Translations under genes and position numbers: made by a program
DNA from: Neocallimastix sp. 'constans'
Lineage: Eukaryota
DNA: 64,000 bases
Assembly: GCA_050613775.1 (NCBI GenBank)
Contig: JBODTK010000104.1
Coordinates: 496,001 to 560,000, forward strand
Direction of reading: 5' to 3'
The notes under the pieces: generated by a model
Databases searched by the model: none
Told to the model about the DNA's origin: nothing
Seen by the model: the letters and a program-made list of their open reading frames with translations, nothing else
Shown: in pieces, positions 30,101-42,796 of the stretch
How positions within the stretch are numbered: the first letter of the stretch is position 1
How the letters are laid out: each line of letters begins with the position of its first letter

Positions 30101-31487
30101 TTAGGTTCAAACAAAAACAATTCTAAGAATGTACAATCTTTTAATTAATACAGCATTGTTATGGTGTATTGATTCTGACTCCTCGAACAAGGAAAATTAT
30201 CTTAACATTGAAAAGAAGAAAAAATGTAATAATTATATCAAAAGGAACTCAACCGTTAGTGTTTATGCCTTATCTCGTGATCTTCAAGTATTTCCAATGG
30301 CTGGCTTTTGTGCTTCTTTTCAAATAAAATGCTTTTTGTAAATGGAGAAATTCTAAATGTATTCTTAAAGATCTCATAAGCCATATCCCTTCTATGCCAC
30401 GTTATTCTTGGTCAAAAAAAAAATCACTGGTGCTCTACCTACAAGAAAATTAAGAAAAAGAATATCACTAAATTCAAAGATGTTATTGAATCATATGGGT
30501 CTGATGTTGGTAAATTCCAAGGAATTAAAGGTATGAATTATGATAACTTCAAATTTATAAAAACTAGAAATTTATTCAAGCTCAGCTTTGAATACCCTCA
30601 TTTATTTTAAGTTTAGGTTTTTAACTGAATCTTAAGATTAAGAGCTGGTTACAAATATAATACAACTATTGTAATAAGAAGTGGTAGAGTTACTGACGAC
30701 TGTCCTAAATTCTGCTCTTGTTGTGGAAAAGGTGAACAATCTTTTATCCATTGGATATTTGAATGCTCTACCTTTTCTTTATGTCGATGTAAATCTTTAG
30801 ATTTTATCGATGATTTATTCATTATATTTGCCAATAAAGTAAGGAATCTTTCCTTAATTCCTTCTTATTCAAATATTTTAGAATATGAAAAATTTCATAA
30901 ACAGGTATGTTTATACACTCCTTCCTGGGTGAATTTCAGCTTTAGATGAGCTGGGGAACAGAGACATTTAAGTGAACAACTCCTAAAAAAGTTCACAGGG
31001 GTCTACTGTTCCGTATATTGTGGAGCTTGCGGAATATCTTGCTAATACAATACCAATCACCCGTAGCTCTCTTGAGTTACTTCTTGAGTGGTTTTAGCAA
31101 AAACACTTTCATTACCAAGAGTGCCGACGTCGTACCGATATGGCAAAGGAATAGTGCGGTTAGAAGTCCTGTTAATTCTCATCAATACACATTAACTAAC
31201 AGAGCAGTTCCGAACACATAACCTATAGTAAGTAATCCAACTTCTGATGGTCTTTCTTGTGGTACAGGGGAGAGTTTAGTGGATACCACACTATCTATTT
31301 TAAAGATGTTACTTTTTTGTTTTATTATTTTAGAATAAACCTGAGATCATGTTACTACTCGTAGTATACATCACACTGAATTTTATTTAACTCTCAAACT
31401 TATTTTTATTCTTTATTGCATTAAATGTAATACATAAAAATATTTCAATCTATTTAATAAAGTACTGGAAGTGTATTCTCTTCCTAG

Positions 31488-31536
<49 letters not shown>
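27190..31536 (+). mobile_element. Degenerate non-LTR retrotransposon (LINE): APE endonuclease, reverse transcriptase, CCHC knuckle, 3' UTR, poly(A)
   Basis: APE motifs: SWNING (~27580), QETG, LLGDFN (~27990), SCIDHI and SDHYP (~28200). RT motifs: KAPGPDGIP, IPKKGD…YRGISL, QFGFR, FLD..KAYDSV, GVRQGCRLSPILFNLFIND and LFADD (~29685). CSCCGKGEQSFIHWIFEC lies at ~30713. AATAAA is at 31456 and A46 at 31491-31536. Many frameshifts and stops; the 5' end is undefined. Confidence 0.95.
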
Positions 31537-31539
<3 letters not shown>

Positions 31540-31831
31540 TCCTAAAAAAAAGGTATTTAAGAAGAATATTTTAGGATTTTCATATTAACTATTTGGTATT
31601 TGAATTTATTAGGCTTAATAATATATTATTAGTAATTTAGTAATATTAATATTAATATTAGTATTAATAATAATAAAATATAATGAAAGTAACGTTAAAT
31701 AAATAAAATTAAATAAAAGATAGGGTAGAATTTCTTCTTAAAATTAAATAATAAAAAAAAAAAAAAAATAAATTAAATTAAAATAAAATAAAAAAATAAA
31801 AATAAAAAGTACAATAATATAAACACTTTTT

Positions 31832-31868
<37 letters not shown>

Positions 31869-32107
31869 AATTACACCTTTTTATTTATTTATTTAGTTAT
31901 TTTATTTTATATTTTTATTTTATATTTAAATCTATCTATTGAATTGAATTTTTTTTTTTTTTAAATAACTTTTTATAATTATTATTGGTATAAAATTTTT
32001 TATTTATTTATTTACTTTTTAATCCTTTCATAGTAGGATTTTTTAGTTAATAATAATTATAAAAATATTTATAACTAATTATTATTATTATTAATTATCT
32101 CTTTTTA

Positions 32108-32141
<34 letters not shown>

Positions 32142-32530
32142 TATATATATATATTAATTTATATTAATAATTAATAAATTAATAATATTAATTTATTAAA
32201 AATATATATATATATTTAAAAAAATAAAAAAAAAAAACTAATAAATAAATATTTATTTTATTTTTATATTCTTAAATTAGTTAATCTAACTTTGATAATA
32301 TTTTAATATATAATTTTAATAATTATATATTTAAATATTTAAGATATTTTAATCTTATATATATATAAAAAAAAAGAAAAAAAAAAAAAAAAAAAAGAAA
32401 GTAAAAAAGAAAAAAATATAATAATAATTGAAAAAAAAAAAAAAAAAATAAAAAAAAAATAAAAAATAAAAAAATAAAAAGAAAAATTTTGGTATGTTAA
32501 TAATTATATTTTTCTTGTTATTGGATTTTT

Positions 32531-32566
<36 letters not shown>

Positions 32567-32912
32567 CCTCTTTTTCTTTTTACGAACAACTTGAATTCTA
32601 ATGATAGAATTTTAGTTTTTGCTTTTTTTTTTTTTTTTTATTTATATATATATTATTATTGCTATTTATTATAATCTATAATATAATAAAACTAATTAAT
32701 ATATATTTTAATAATTATATACTATGAATTAATATGATCAAATAATTATTAAACATATATATAAATTGTTGTTATTATGTAAATCTATTTATATTAATTA
32801 TATATATATTTTTAAAAAGTATAATTTTTAATAATAATAATTTTTTATTTTTATTATTATTTTTTTTTAGTTTATTTATTTTTCTTTTATTTTTATTTTA
32901 TTTTTATATTTA

Positions 32913-32943
<31 letters not shown>

Positions 32944-33510
32944 ATTATTATTATTTATTTTATTATTATAAAAATTTTGTTAGTTAAATTGTGTTGAATA
33001 TTTTTTCTTTTTAATATTAATGAATATTCTTAAAATTTATTTGTTTGTTTGTTTGTTTTTTGTTTCGAATTGATTTTGCTTTTAATTTAAAATATATGTT
33101 ATTTTATTTTACTTACTTTATTTGAATAAAAAGTATTTATATGGTTTATTGTAATAATTATTTTTGTTTACTTTATAAATTTTGTATATAATTCATAATA
33201 TGATGAACTTTTGTCGTTTTTTTTTTTTTTTTTTTTTTTTTAATTATATAAAAATGATTTAATAATATATAAAAATATAGGTATAAATTTAAGATAATAA
33301 TTTTGTTTGATAATAGAATGAAATTATACATAATATATATAAATTAAAAAAAAAATTTTTGGGAATAATTCTTTTTTTTTTTTAATAATATATATATATA
33401 TGAATAATTTAATATTTTATTTATTTTAATTCATTTCTTCATTTAATTAAAATTAATATTTAATCCTTCAGAGAACTAAAAAAAAAATTTTTTTTTTTTC
33501 TTCTTCTTCT

Positions 33511-36500
33511 TTACTTTAATAAAGTAGATTGCATTAAATTTTGATAACGATCTAATTCTTCTTCAGCTCTTTCACGTAATACACGTTCAGCACTTAATTC
33601 AGATCTTAGTTTAGAAAGTTCTTTATGTAATTTAGTATTTTCATCAAACATCAACTTAGCAAAGGCTTGAGTCTTATTGCTTTCCTTTTCTTTATTTTCT
33701 TTTTCCTTATTTTCCTTATCTTCAAGATAGTTTATAATCTTTCCAAATAATTTATTAACAATTTCATCTTTTTCTTTTTGAGTGTAGAAACCACTACCGC
33801 GAAGTTCCTTTTCAATTTCACTCTTATTAACAGGATTAGTTAAGGTAGCTTCATCATTAATTTCTGTTTTATCTTCAGTATCAGCTAAAGTTTCAACCTT
33901 TATAACTTCTTCATCAACAATAACTTCATTAGCAATTTCCATTTCTTCTTCCTTAATTTCTTCCTCTTTAAGTTCTGGAAGATATTCAACATTAATAATA
34001 GTAGAGGAAGCATCCTTCTTTTCCCATCCATTGAAAATATATTTAGCTACTGGATTAGTATCTCTCCATGGATAGTCACCTTCCTTAACAAGGAATATAT
34101 ATTTAGCAATTGGATTAGCATCTCTTTCTGGATAAGTCCAATTTAATATAGGTCTCTTTGGCATTGGTGGAACTGCAGAAGGATTTCTAGCATAGTAATA
34201 AAAGTTTCTAGCCAAGAAATCTTTTGGAACCTTATCAGGTATATTACGTCTTCTTTTTAAAGTTTCATTGGTAACGTAAATGGTTTCAACGAAAGCATGA
34301 TTAAACATATATTTAGCAATTGGATTTCTTCTATCCACAGGTCTAAATAAAACTCTCTTCCTTTTCATGAGCGGAGCATCACTAATGTAATACTGAGTAC
34401 CGGTACTTACCATCTTTGGTTTTGGTCTTGGCTTTTCCATGGTTCTCATGGATTGTTCTTGAACTTGAGATACTGGTGGTTGAATTGGAGCTTGAGTGAC
34501 GTATTCTTCTTCATTAGAAGCTAATTCTGGAGTTTGAGCAAGAAGTGAAATGCTTTGAGCTATTTTCATTGCTTGAGAAGTAGAAGAATTATTATTGGGG
34601 GTAACCATTGGAGAAATATTTTGAGCTGATCTTGGTACACCATGAAGTGGTGGAACTGGACCTCGATTTGTACCACCATGTGGAGGAGGATTTGGAATTT
34701 TTACATTTTTACTGGAATTTCTTTGTTGAAGTGGAAGACCAGCATTTACACTACTTCTTGAATTATTTAATGGTTTCTTATTACTTGTTGTATTATCATT
34801 AACCTTGAATTTATTTATAGAATTATTACCATTACCATTACCATTACCACTAATATTCATAGCAATAGTAGAATTACCATTACTACCATTAATATTCATA
34901 GCAATGGAAGAATTAACATTACTACTACCATTATTATTGCTGTTGTTAGTACTGTTACTATTATTTTCTTTATTTTTATCTATTTGATCAAATGGTGAAT
35001 ATTGAATTTTTATTGGAATATATTTTGCTTGAGTACCATTAGTATTAGATTTAACAGATGGTTGAACTCTCCTACCAGCTTGTTTATTCTTACCACCACC
35101 AATAAAGTCTTCTGGATCAGAATTCTTTAAGAATTCCCATAAGGTCTCTTGCTTCTTCTTTGGTTTTCCTTCATTAAGAAGACGATCAATGGAATCATCT
35201 GAATCATAATCATCTGCAATATTCATATTATTGTAAGCTCTATTACCTCCTTTACTTCTACCAAGAGTATTGTTAATGACAGTCATTGGAACAAAGTTTT
35301 CCCGTTCATGACTCTTTGGTTTCATACGACTCATTGGAGAATTATTATGCTTTTGAATTTCATTCATACGATTTGGAGTTAAACTAATTTTTCTAGTTTG
35401 ATCAGAAGAAATCATACTATCGAAATCAAAACTATTATCCTTATTAGCATTAGCTAATTCTCCGTAACTTGAAATAGCACCACTAGATGGCTTAAATACT
35501 AATGACGATTCATTAAATTCTTGGTAGTGGTTCACATCATTAGGTTTACCAGTACTTGAATAGCTTAAGGTATCGTAACCTTTATTACTCTTCTCAGATA
35601 CTGAAACATTCTTACGATGACCCTTCTTAGACTTCTTGGAACTTCTACTAACAGCACGTTTTAAAGATTTAGAAAGAGAACGAGAATGACCTTTCTTTTC
35701 AGAACCATTAGTTGTCACAGAAGGTTCATAATTTTCCTTTTGAGTAAAACTGTATTCCGTCATACTATCGTTAAGATAGTCGAAAGAATCATCTTCATAT
35801 GAACTAGGATTGATATTATGAACAGATCTTGATCTTGGTTTAACATAAGCAGAATGAGCTGAATTAGACATAGGATAATCCTTAACACTCTTAGTACCTT
35901 TAAGATCTTCAAAATATGGATCAGGTCTACTTAAGTCCACTGCAGAATAACTTTGTTGGGTGGCTCCCTTATAAAATAATTGATTATTGATATTGACAGC
36001 TGGAGGTGAAAGTGGTGGAGAAGAAGGATTAGATAAACTAGATTTAGCACTATGTAATGATTTACTAGTAGTATTAATATTATTAATATTTTCTCTCTTT
36101 ATGGCATTAATAATACTGTAATAACTTTTAGTTTCACTAGATTCATTACTAGCATTATTAGAATTAGAATGTTTGTAAGGACTCTGGTTTTCTGCTGGAG
36201 CACTTACTGGTGAATTTAATTGATAACTATTAGAAGTAATACCATATTTATAACTTCTTTGGCTACTTTGACTACTCATTGTATTAAAGTCATTACTAGA
36301 ATTATACACTGTAGCTGATAATGGGTGACTCTCTTTTGTATAATTAATGTCAACTTTACCTGATGATGGATATTGATATTGCTGTTGAGCCTTAAGCTTT
36401 GGTGAAGTCATTTTTGGAGATTTCATACTGGGGGAACCCATACTTGGAGAAGCCATTTTTGGAGATTCTATTTAATTTTTTTTTAAATAAATATATAATA

Positions 36501-36849
36501 TTATATTCATTATGTCAATTATTTAAAAATTTTATTTATTTTTAGTTTTGTTAATATTAATAATACAATGATAATACAATAAAAAAATAATAAAATTGAA
36601 TTGTAATTTAAATTTATAATTTTATTTATTATTTATTTATATTATACATATTACAATAAAAGAATTGAATTAAAATTAAAATTTACTTATAACATTTTCA
36701 GACTTTAAATTTGAAGATTCATCTTTCTTATCTAAATCAAAATTCATTAAATCGCTATTTTCAAATAAAAATGATGAAAATGTGGTATCATTAAAAATTT
36801 CTTTTGAAAAAGCAAAAGAAGTAATTCTTGGTTTTTTATCGTCATCCAT
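33511..36849 (-). CDS. Unknown ~1,040-aa Ser/Asn/Pro-rich, largely disordered protein with NPIAKY repeats and C-terminal coiled coil
   Basis: 981-aa ORF 33511-36456, with an AG acceptor near 36469 and an upstream exon ~36687-36849 (MDDDKKPRITSFAFSKEIF…). Codon usage looks coding. No family recognised. Confidence 0.8.
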
Positions 36850-37689
36850 TCTATATATATTATTAAATAAATAAAAAAAAAATTAATATTTTTTTTTGTA
36901 CTTATTTTCATTTATATTTAATATTTTCAATATCTAACTATAAACACTTTATTTTCATAATTAAATATTTAATATATCAATTTATTTATTTTTAAAATGA
37001 AATATATATTTATTTATAAAAATCATATTTTTTCAAATTTATAATATCAAAACAAAGATTAATTTAATTTTATTGTTATTATACTTTACTTGTTTGTTTA
37101 TATAATTTATTTCATAACTATATTAATAAATAAGTTTGATTGTTATAACAGTATCTATTTTTATTTAATTTCTTTAAAAAGGACTATATGAGTAATAATT
37201 ATTTCATATATTCCAATAGAAGAAGTGTTTAAATCTTAATTTAATTTTTTTTTTTAATTTATTATTAAATAATCTTTTTTTTTTTTTTTTTTTTTTTTAA
37301 TCTTTTTATATATATATATTTATTATATACAATTTATTTTTTGATTATATATATAAAACCTTTTCTTTTTTTTTTATCTTTTATTTAAAAAAAAAAATAA
37401 AATTAAAAATTAAAAGAAAAATTTTAAATTATTTTTTTTTATTTATTTGTTTAGTAATTAATTAAATGAATTCGATTTGTTTTAAATTATATTATTAAAT
37501 ATGTATAATTATTATTTTTTACTACTTTAGATTTAATATTTATTTTATTATTTATTATGCTTTATAAATTATTTGTTATTTTTATGGACTATAAATTAAT
37601 ATTATATATTATTTAATTATTTAATTAAATCTTATATATTATACACTTCCATATTATATATTACACACCATATATTATATACTTTATTA

Positions 37690-37935
37690 ATTATTTATTA
37701 TTTATTATTCAATTATTTATTATTTATTATTTATTCTTCATTATTTAATAATTTATTATTTATTATTTATTATTTATTATTTATTATTTATTATTCAATT
37801 ATTTATTATTTAATTATTTATTATTTATTATTTATTATTTATTATTAATTATTAATTATTATTTATTATTTATTATTTATTATTTATTATTTATTATTTA
37901 TTATTTATTATTTATTATATATTATTTATTATTTA
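37690..37935. repeat. (TTTATTA)n heptamer array
   Basis: Seen directly. Confidence 0.85.
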
Positions 37936-38321
37936 TAAATTATATTTTATATTTATTTCATTAGTTATGATTAAATATTAAAATAAAATTAATGGTGATT
38001 AAGAAGGAACCTATCTAATTTGTAAATCATGAATCATATAGAAATATATATATTAAAGTTTTATTATGTATAATTCTCTTAAAACTTCAAATTGCATTGT
38101 AAATATACATAACTAATATATTATTATTAATTAAACTTCCAAATAAAAATATTTTTATACATCGCTGATTAAATGAAAAATTTTTAAAACTTTAATTAAT
38201 ATTAGTATGAATAAGAATGGAAGAATGGTTACACAATGTTGAGCACTTTGTATATGCGAAAAAAAAAAAAAAAGTTAATGTAAATAAAACCATCTTTTCA
38301 TTTTATTATAAATAATCTAAA

Positions 38322-38681
38322 TTATTTATTATTTATTATTTATTATTTATTATTTATTATTTATTATATAATTATTTATTATTTATTATTATATAATTAT
38401 TTATTATTTATTATTTATTATTTATTATTTATTATTTATTATTTATTATTTATTATTTATTATTCAATTATTTATTATTTACTATTTATTATTCAATTAT
38501 CTATTATTTATTATCTATTATTTATTATTTATTATTTATTATTTATTATTTATTATTTATTATTTATTATTTATTATTTATTATTTATTATTTATTATTC
38601 AATTATTATATTATTATATTATATTATTATATTATTATATTATTATTAATTATTAATTATTATTTATTCAATTATTATTTA

Positions 38682-38700
<19 letters not shown>
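38322..38700. repeat. (TTTATTA)n heptamer array
   Basis: Seen directly. Confidence 0.85.
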
Positions 38701-38713
<13 letters not shown>

Positions 38714-39426
38714 ATAAAAAAATTTTAATAATTTAAATACTTAAAAGGTTGAACTGAATAAAATTTCAAATAGTGATAATATTATTCTATAAATTTTAAA
38801 TTTTTAATATAAGATTCCTATGCATCAATCAAACCTTCTAATAAAAGTGATAGAAATAAAGTTTAATGTTATATTCTTTTAATTTATTTAACTTTTGCTA
38901 TTTTAATTTACATTAAATTAAGTTTTTATTTGTGTGACAGTGTAATCGGTTGCACATATTGATTTTGTGTAATGTTTATGGTTAAAATAAAATGAAAATG
39001 AAAATGAAAAAACATATTTTATTTTTTTCTTTTTTAATTTTTTTTTTTTTAATTATTTTTAATTGTACAAATTTTCATTATTTCTGCTTTTTCTTTGTTT
39101 CTTTCTTTCTTTCTTTTTTTTTTCCTTTTTTCTATGAAAGAAATTAAGCTAATTTTTCTATCATTATTTATGGAATAGAAAAAATGGCATCAATATCTAA
39201 ATAAACAAATAATACCAAAAAATAAAAAAAAATTAAAAACAAAATAAAAAGAATAGTAATACAAAATTAACAAAAAAATTTTTTTATCAGTTTGGTTATA
39301 TATAAGAATAAATTTATATATATATTTAGATATTAATACTCATATATCATCTTATATATATTTATATATGTATATCTCTTTCATATATTTAAAGTTGTTC
39401 ATGTAGTTATATTTTTATAATTATAA

Positions 39427-39520
39427 ATTTATATTTATATTTATATTTATATTTATATTTATATTTATATTTATATTTATATTTATATTTATATTTATAT
39501 TTATATTTATATTTATATTT
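39427..39520. repeat. (TTTATA)n hexamer microsatellite
   Basis: Seen directly. Confidence 0.9.
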
Positions 39521-41087
39521 AATATTTATATTTTTACTTTTATTTAAACTATTATGGAATATTATTAATGACAAAACAAATAAATCATAAATGTAAATTT
39601 TAACACATTAAATATACGTTTATAGAAAGAAATATAAAAATAAAAAGATAAATTTTACTATTATATATTGGTTTACAGTGTTTATAAATGGTTTAATTAG
39701 TTTCACATATTGTAGTATAAATTTTTTATGTTTTATTTTTTTTTTAAACCATAGATTATTAATATTCTATTTAATCATTATGTTGTTTGTTATTTATTAT
39801 ATATTATACTTTATTATTTATTACATATTAATATATAAATAAAAATTTTTATGTACATTATCAATTTTGCTTAAACTCTATTTAATAATAAAAAAGTAGC
39901 TTCTATAAAAAAAGCATTGTATATTTTCCTTTTTTTGTACAATAATCGCTTTTTTTTCCATAATATTTTAAATATTTTTTAAAGTAATAAAATAATTAAT
40001 ATAATTAATAACATTTTAAGTTTATAATATTTTTTTTGTTTTGTTTTAATTTTTTGTCAATAATATATTTATGTATAATATAATTAACACTTTTTTCTAT
40101 ATTTAATTTTAATTAATTATATTTTGAATTTTTAATTATTATATAATAATTATTAATATGTAAATAAATTAAAAAAAGAATTTTTTTATTCTTTTCTTAT
40201 TTATTATATTTGTTTTAAATTTATAAATAAATATAAAACAATAGATATAGAATGTAATAGAATGTAATACAATATATATGGTTAATTTTATTTAAATATT
40301 AGTATTATATTTTCCAAAAAAAAAAAAAAAAAATTCTATTACTGTTATTGGTAGATGGCGTAATTTCAATATTAAATTAGATTTATTATTATGGATTTTG
40401 TATATATATTAATATATATATTAAAAAAATAAATTTTGATTGCTATTAATTCAAATATTAATGGATAAAAATTAATAATTTAAATAAATATCTAAAGAAT
40501 ATTTGAATAAATGAATAGTATTTAACTGAATAAACCAGTTGTGAATATAGAATCCACTATAAAAATTAAAGTTTGTATATAAATCAAAGTAGATGGACAT
40601 ATCTAAAAGAGAAATTTACAACTATTTGTATACAATTAATAATTAATGCTTCATTTATTATTCATTTAATATAAAGTTTTCTTTGTATTGTTTTTGTTTT
40701 TTTAATTTTTTTTTAATTTTTTTTTTGTATTTCATTTTTTATTGTTTTTTTGAAAATAGAATTTCTTATTTTCTTTTATTTTTTTTGGTTGTTTTATTAT
40801 TATTAAAGAGAACAAAATAAAATTGAAAAAGAAAAGAAGGGCGTTTCTATTTATATGTTAACTTTTTGAATAATTAGAATGATATATAAAGATTATATAA
40901 CTTCATAATATTGCAAGTCTTTCCGGAAAATAAGATAAAAATATAATATTAGAAATATTTGTCTCTTTTAAAAATGGATGATGAAAGCATCCAAATTATT
41001 AAAATGATTAAATTATTTAATTAGAAATAAAATAAAATAAAATAAAATAAAATAGAAAATAGGATAAATAAACATTGTCGATTGATT

Positions 41088-41120
<33 letters not shown>

Positions 41121-41194
41121 AAATAAATATTCATTGTTAGTCATTTACTTAAAATAATAATCAATGTTTATAGCTATTTATTTTTATTCTTTAT

Positions 41195-42060
41195 TCTTTA
41201 TTCTTTATTCTTTATTATTTATTATTTATTATTCAATTATTTATTATTTATTATTTATTATTTATTATTTATTATTTATTATTTATTATTTATTATTTAT
41301 TATTTATTATTTATTCTTTATTATTTATTATTTATTATTTATTATTTATTATTTAATTATTTATTATTTATTATTTAATTATTTATTATTTATTATTTAT
41401 TATTTATTATTTATTATTTATTATTTATTATTTATTATTTATTATTCAATTATTTATTTTTATTATTCAATTATTATTTATTATTTATTATTTATTATTT
41501 ATTATTTATTATTCAATTATTTATTATTTATTATTCAATTATTTATTATTTATTATTCAATTATTTATTATTTATTATTTATTCTTCATTATTTAATAAT
41601 TTATTATTTATTATTTATTATTTAATTATTTATTATTTATTATTTATTCTTCATTATTTAATAATTTATTATTTATTATTTATTATTTATTATTTATTAT
41701 TTATTATTTAATTATTTATTATTTATTATTTATTATTTATTATTTATTATTTATTATTCAATTATTTATTATTTATTATTTATTATTTATTATTTATTAA
41801 TTATTATTTATTAATTATTATTTATTATTTATTATTTATTATTTATTTATTAATTATTTATTATTCAATTATTTAATATTTATTATTCAATTATTTAATA
41901 TTTATTATTTATTATTTATTTATTTATTATTTATTATTTATTATTTATTTATTTATTTATTTATTATTTATTATTTATTATTTATTATTTATTATTTATT
42001 ATTTATTATTTATTATTTAATTATTTATTATTTAATTATTATTTATTATTTATTATTTAT
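41195..42060. repeat. (TTTATTA)n heptamer array, ~0.87 kb
   Basis: Seen directly; it produces the spurious ORF 41164-41625. Confidence 0.9.
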
Positions 42061-42725
42061 TTATGATTTATGATTTAATTATAATTGAAATACATGATTA
42101 AATATTTTTATATTCATAATAAAGGTACATTTAATGGAATATAATATATTTTTATTACATGCTATATTATTATAATTTAAATTAATTTTAACATCAAAAA
42201 TGGAACTAAAAAAATAATCAATAATTCTATAATATTTTTTTTTTAATTAAAAAAAATGATTATCTAAAATTTTACTTATTTAAATATTTCATTAATTTAT
42301 TTAAATATTTAAATATATATTATTTATTTATTTATTTGTTTGTTTAATTTATTAATTAATTAATTATTTATTTATTTATTTGTTTATTTATTTATTTAGT
42401 AAAACATAGTGTAATATAAATAAAATATTCAATTTAATATGTTTTATTTATATATATATATATATAATATTACTTAATTTAAAATACCCATAAACTTATA
42501 TATATACAAAATATATATATATATATTTTATGATTTTGATATTCAAAATTAATAATATTATCGAACTGAATAATGATAATAATGATAATAATATATCAAA
42601 AATTAATAAGTTAAAAATATTTTTATCTTTATATTATACTATTATGGAAAAAAAAAAAAAAAAAAAAAGATAGCTAGAAATTATATTAATCAATCGAGTT
42701 ATACAGATATATTTAATTACTAGAT

Positions 42726-42730
42726 TTAAA

Positions 42731-42796
<66 letters not shown>

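Noticed and set aside
27190..31536. Retron, DGR or group II intron interpretation of the RT
   Set aside because: The APE endonuclease, CCHC knuckle and poly(A) tail identify a standard non-LTR retrotransposon.
34608..34987. Short ORFs overlapping real genes in another frame or strand (also 5298, 21203, 48371, 52209, 52219, 63580)
   Set aside because: They are shadow ORFs of well-supported CDSs.
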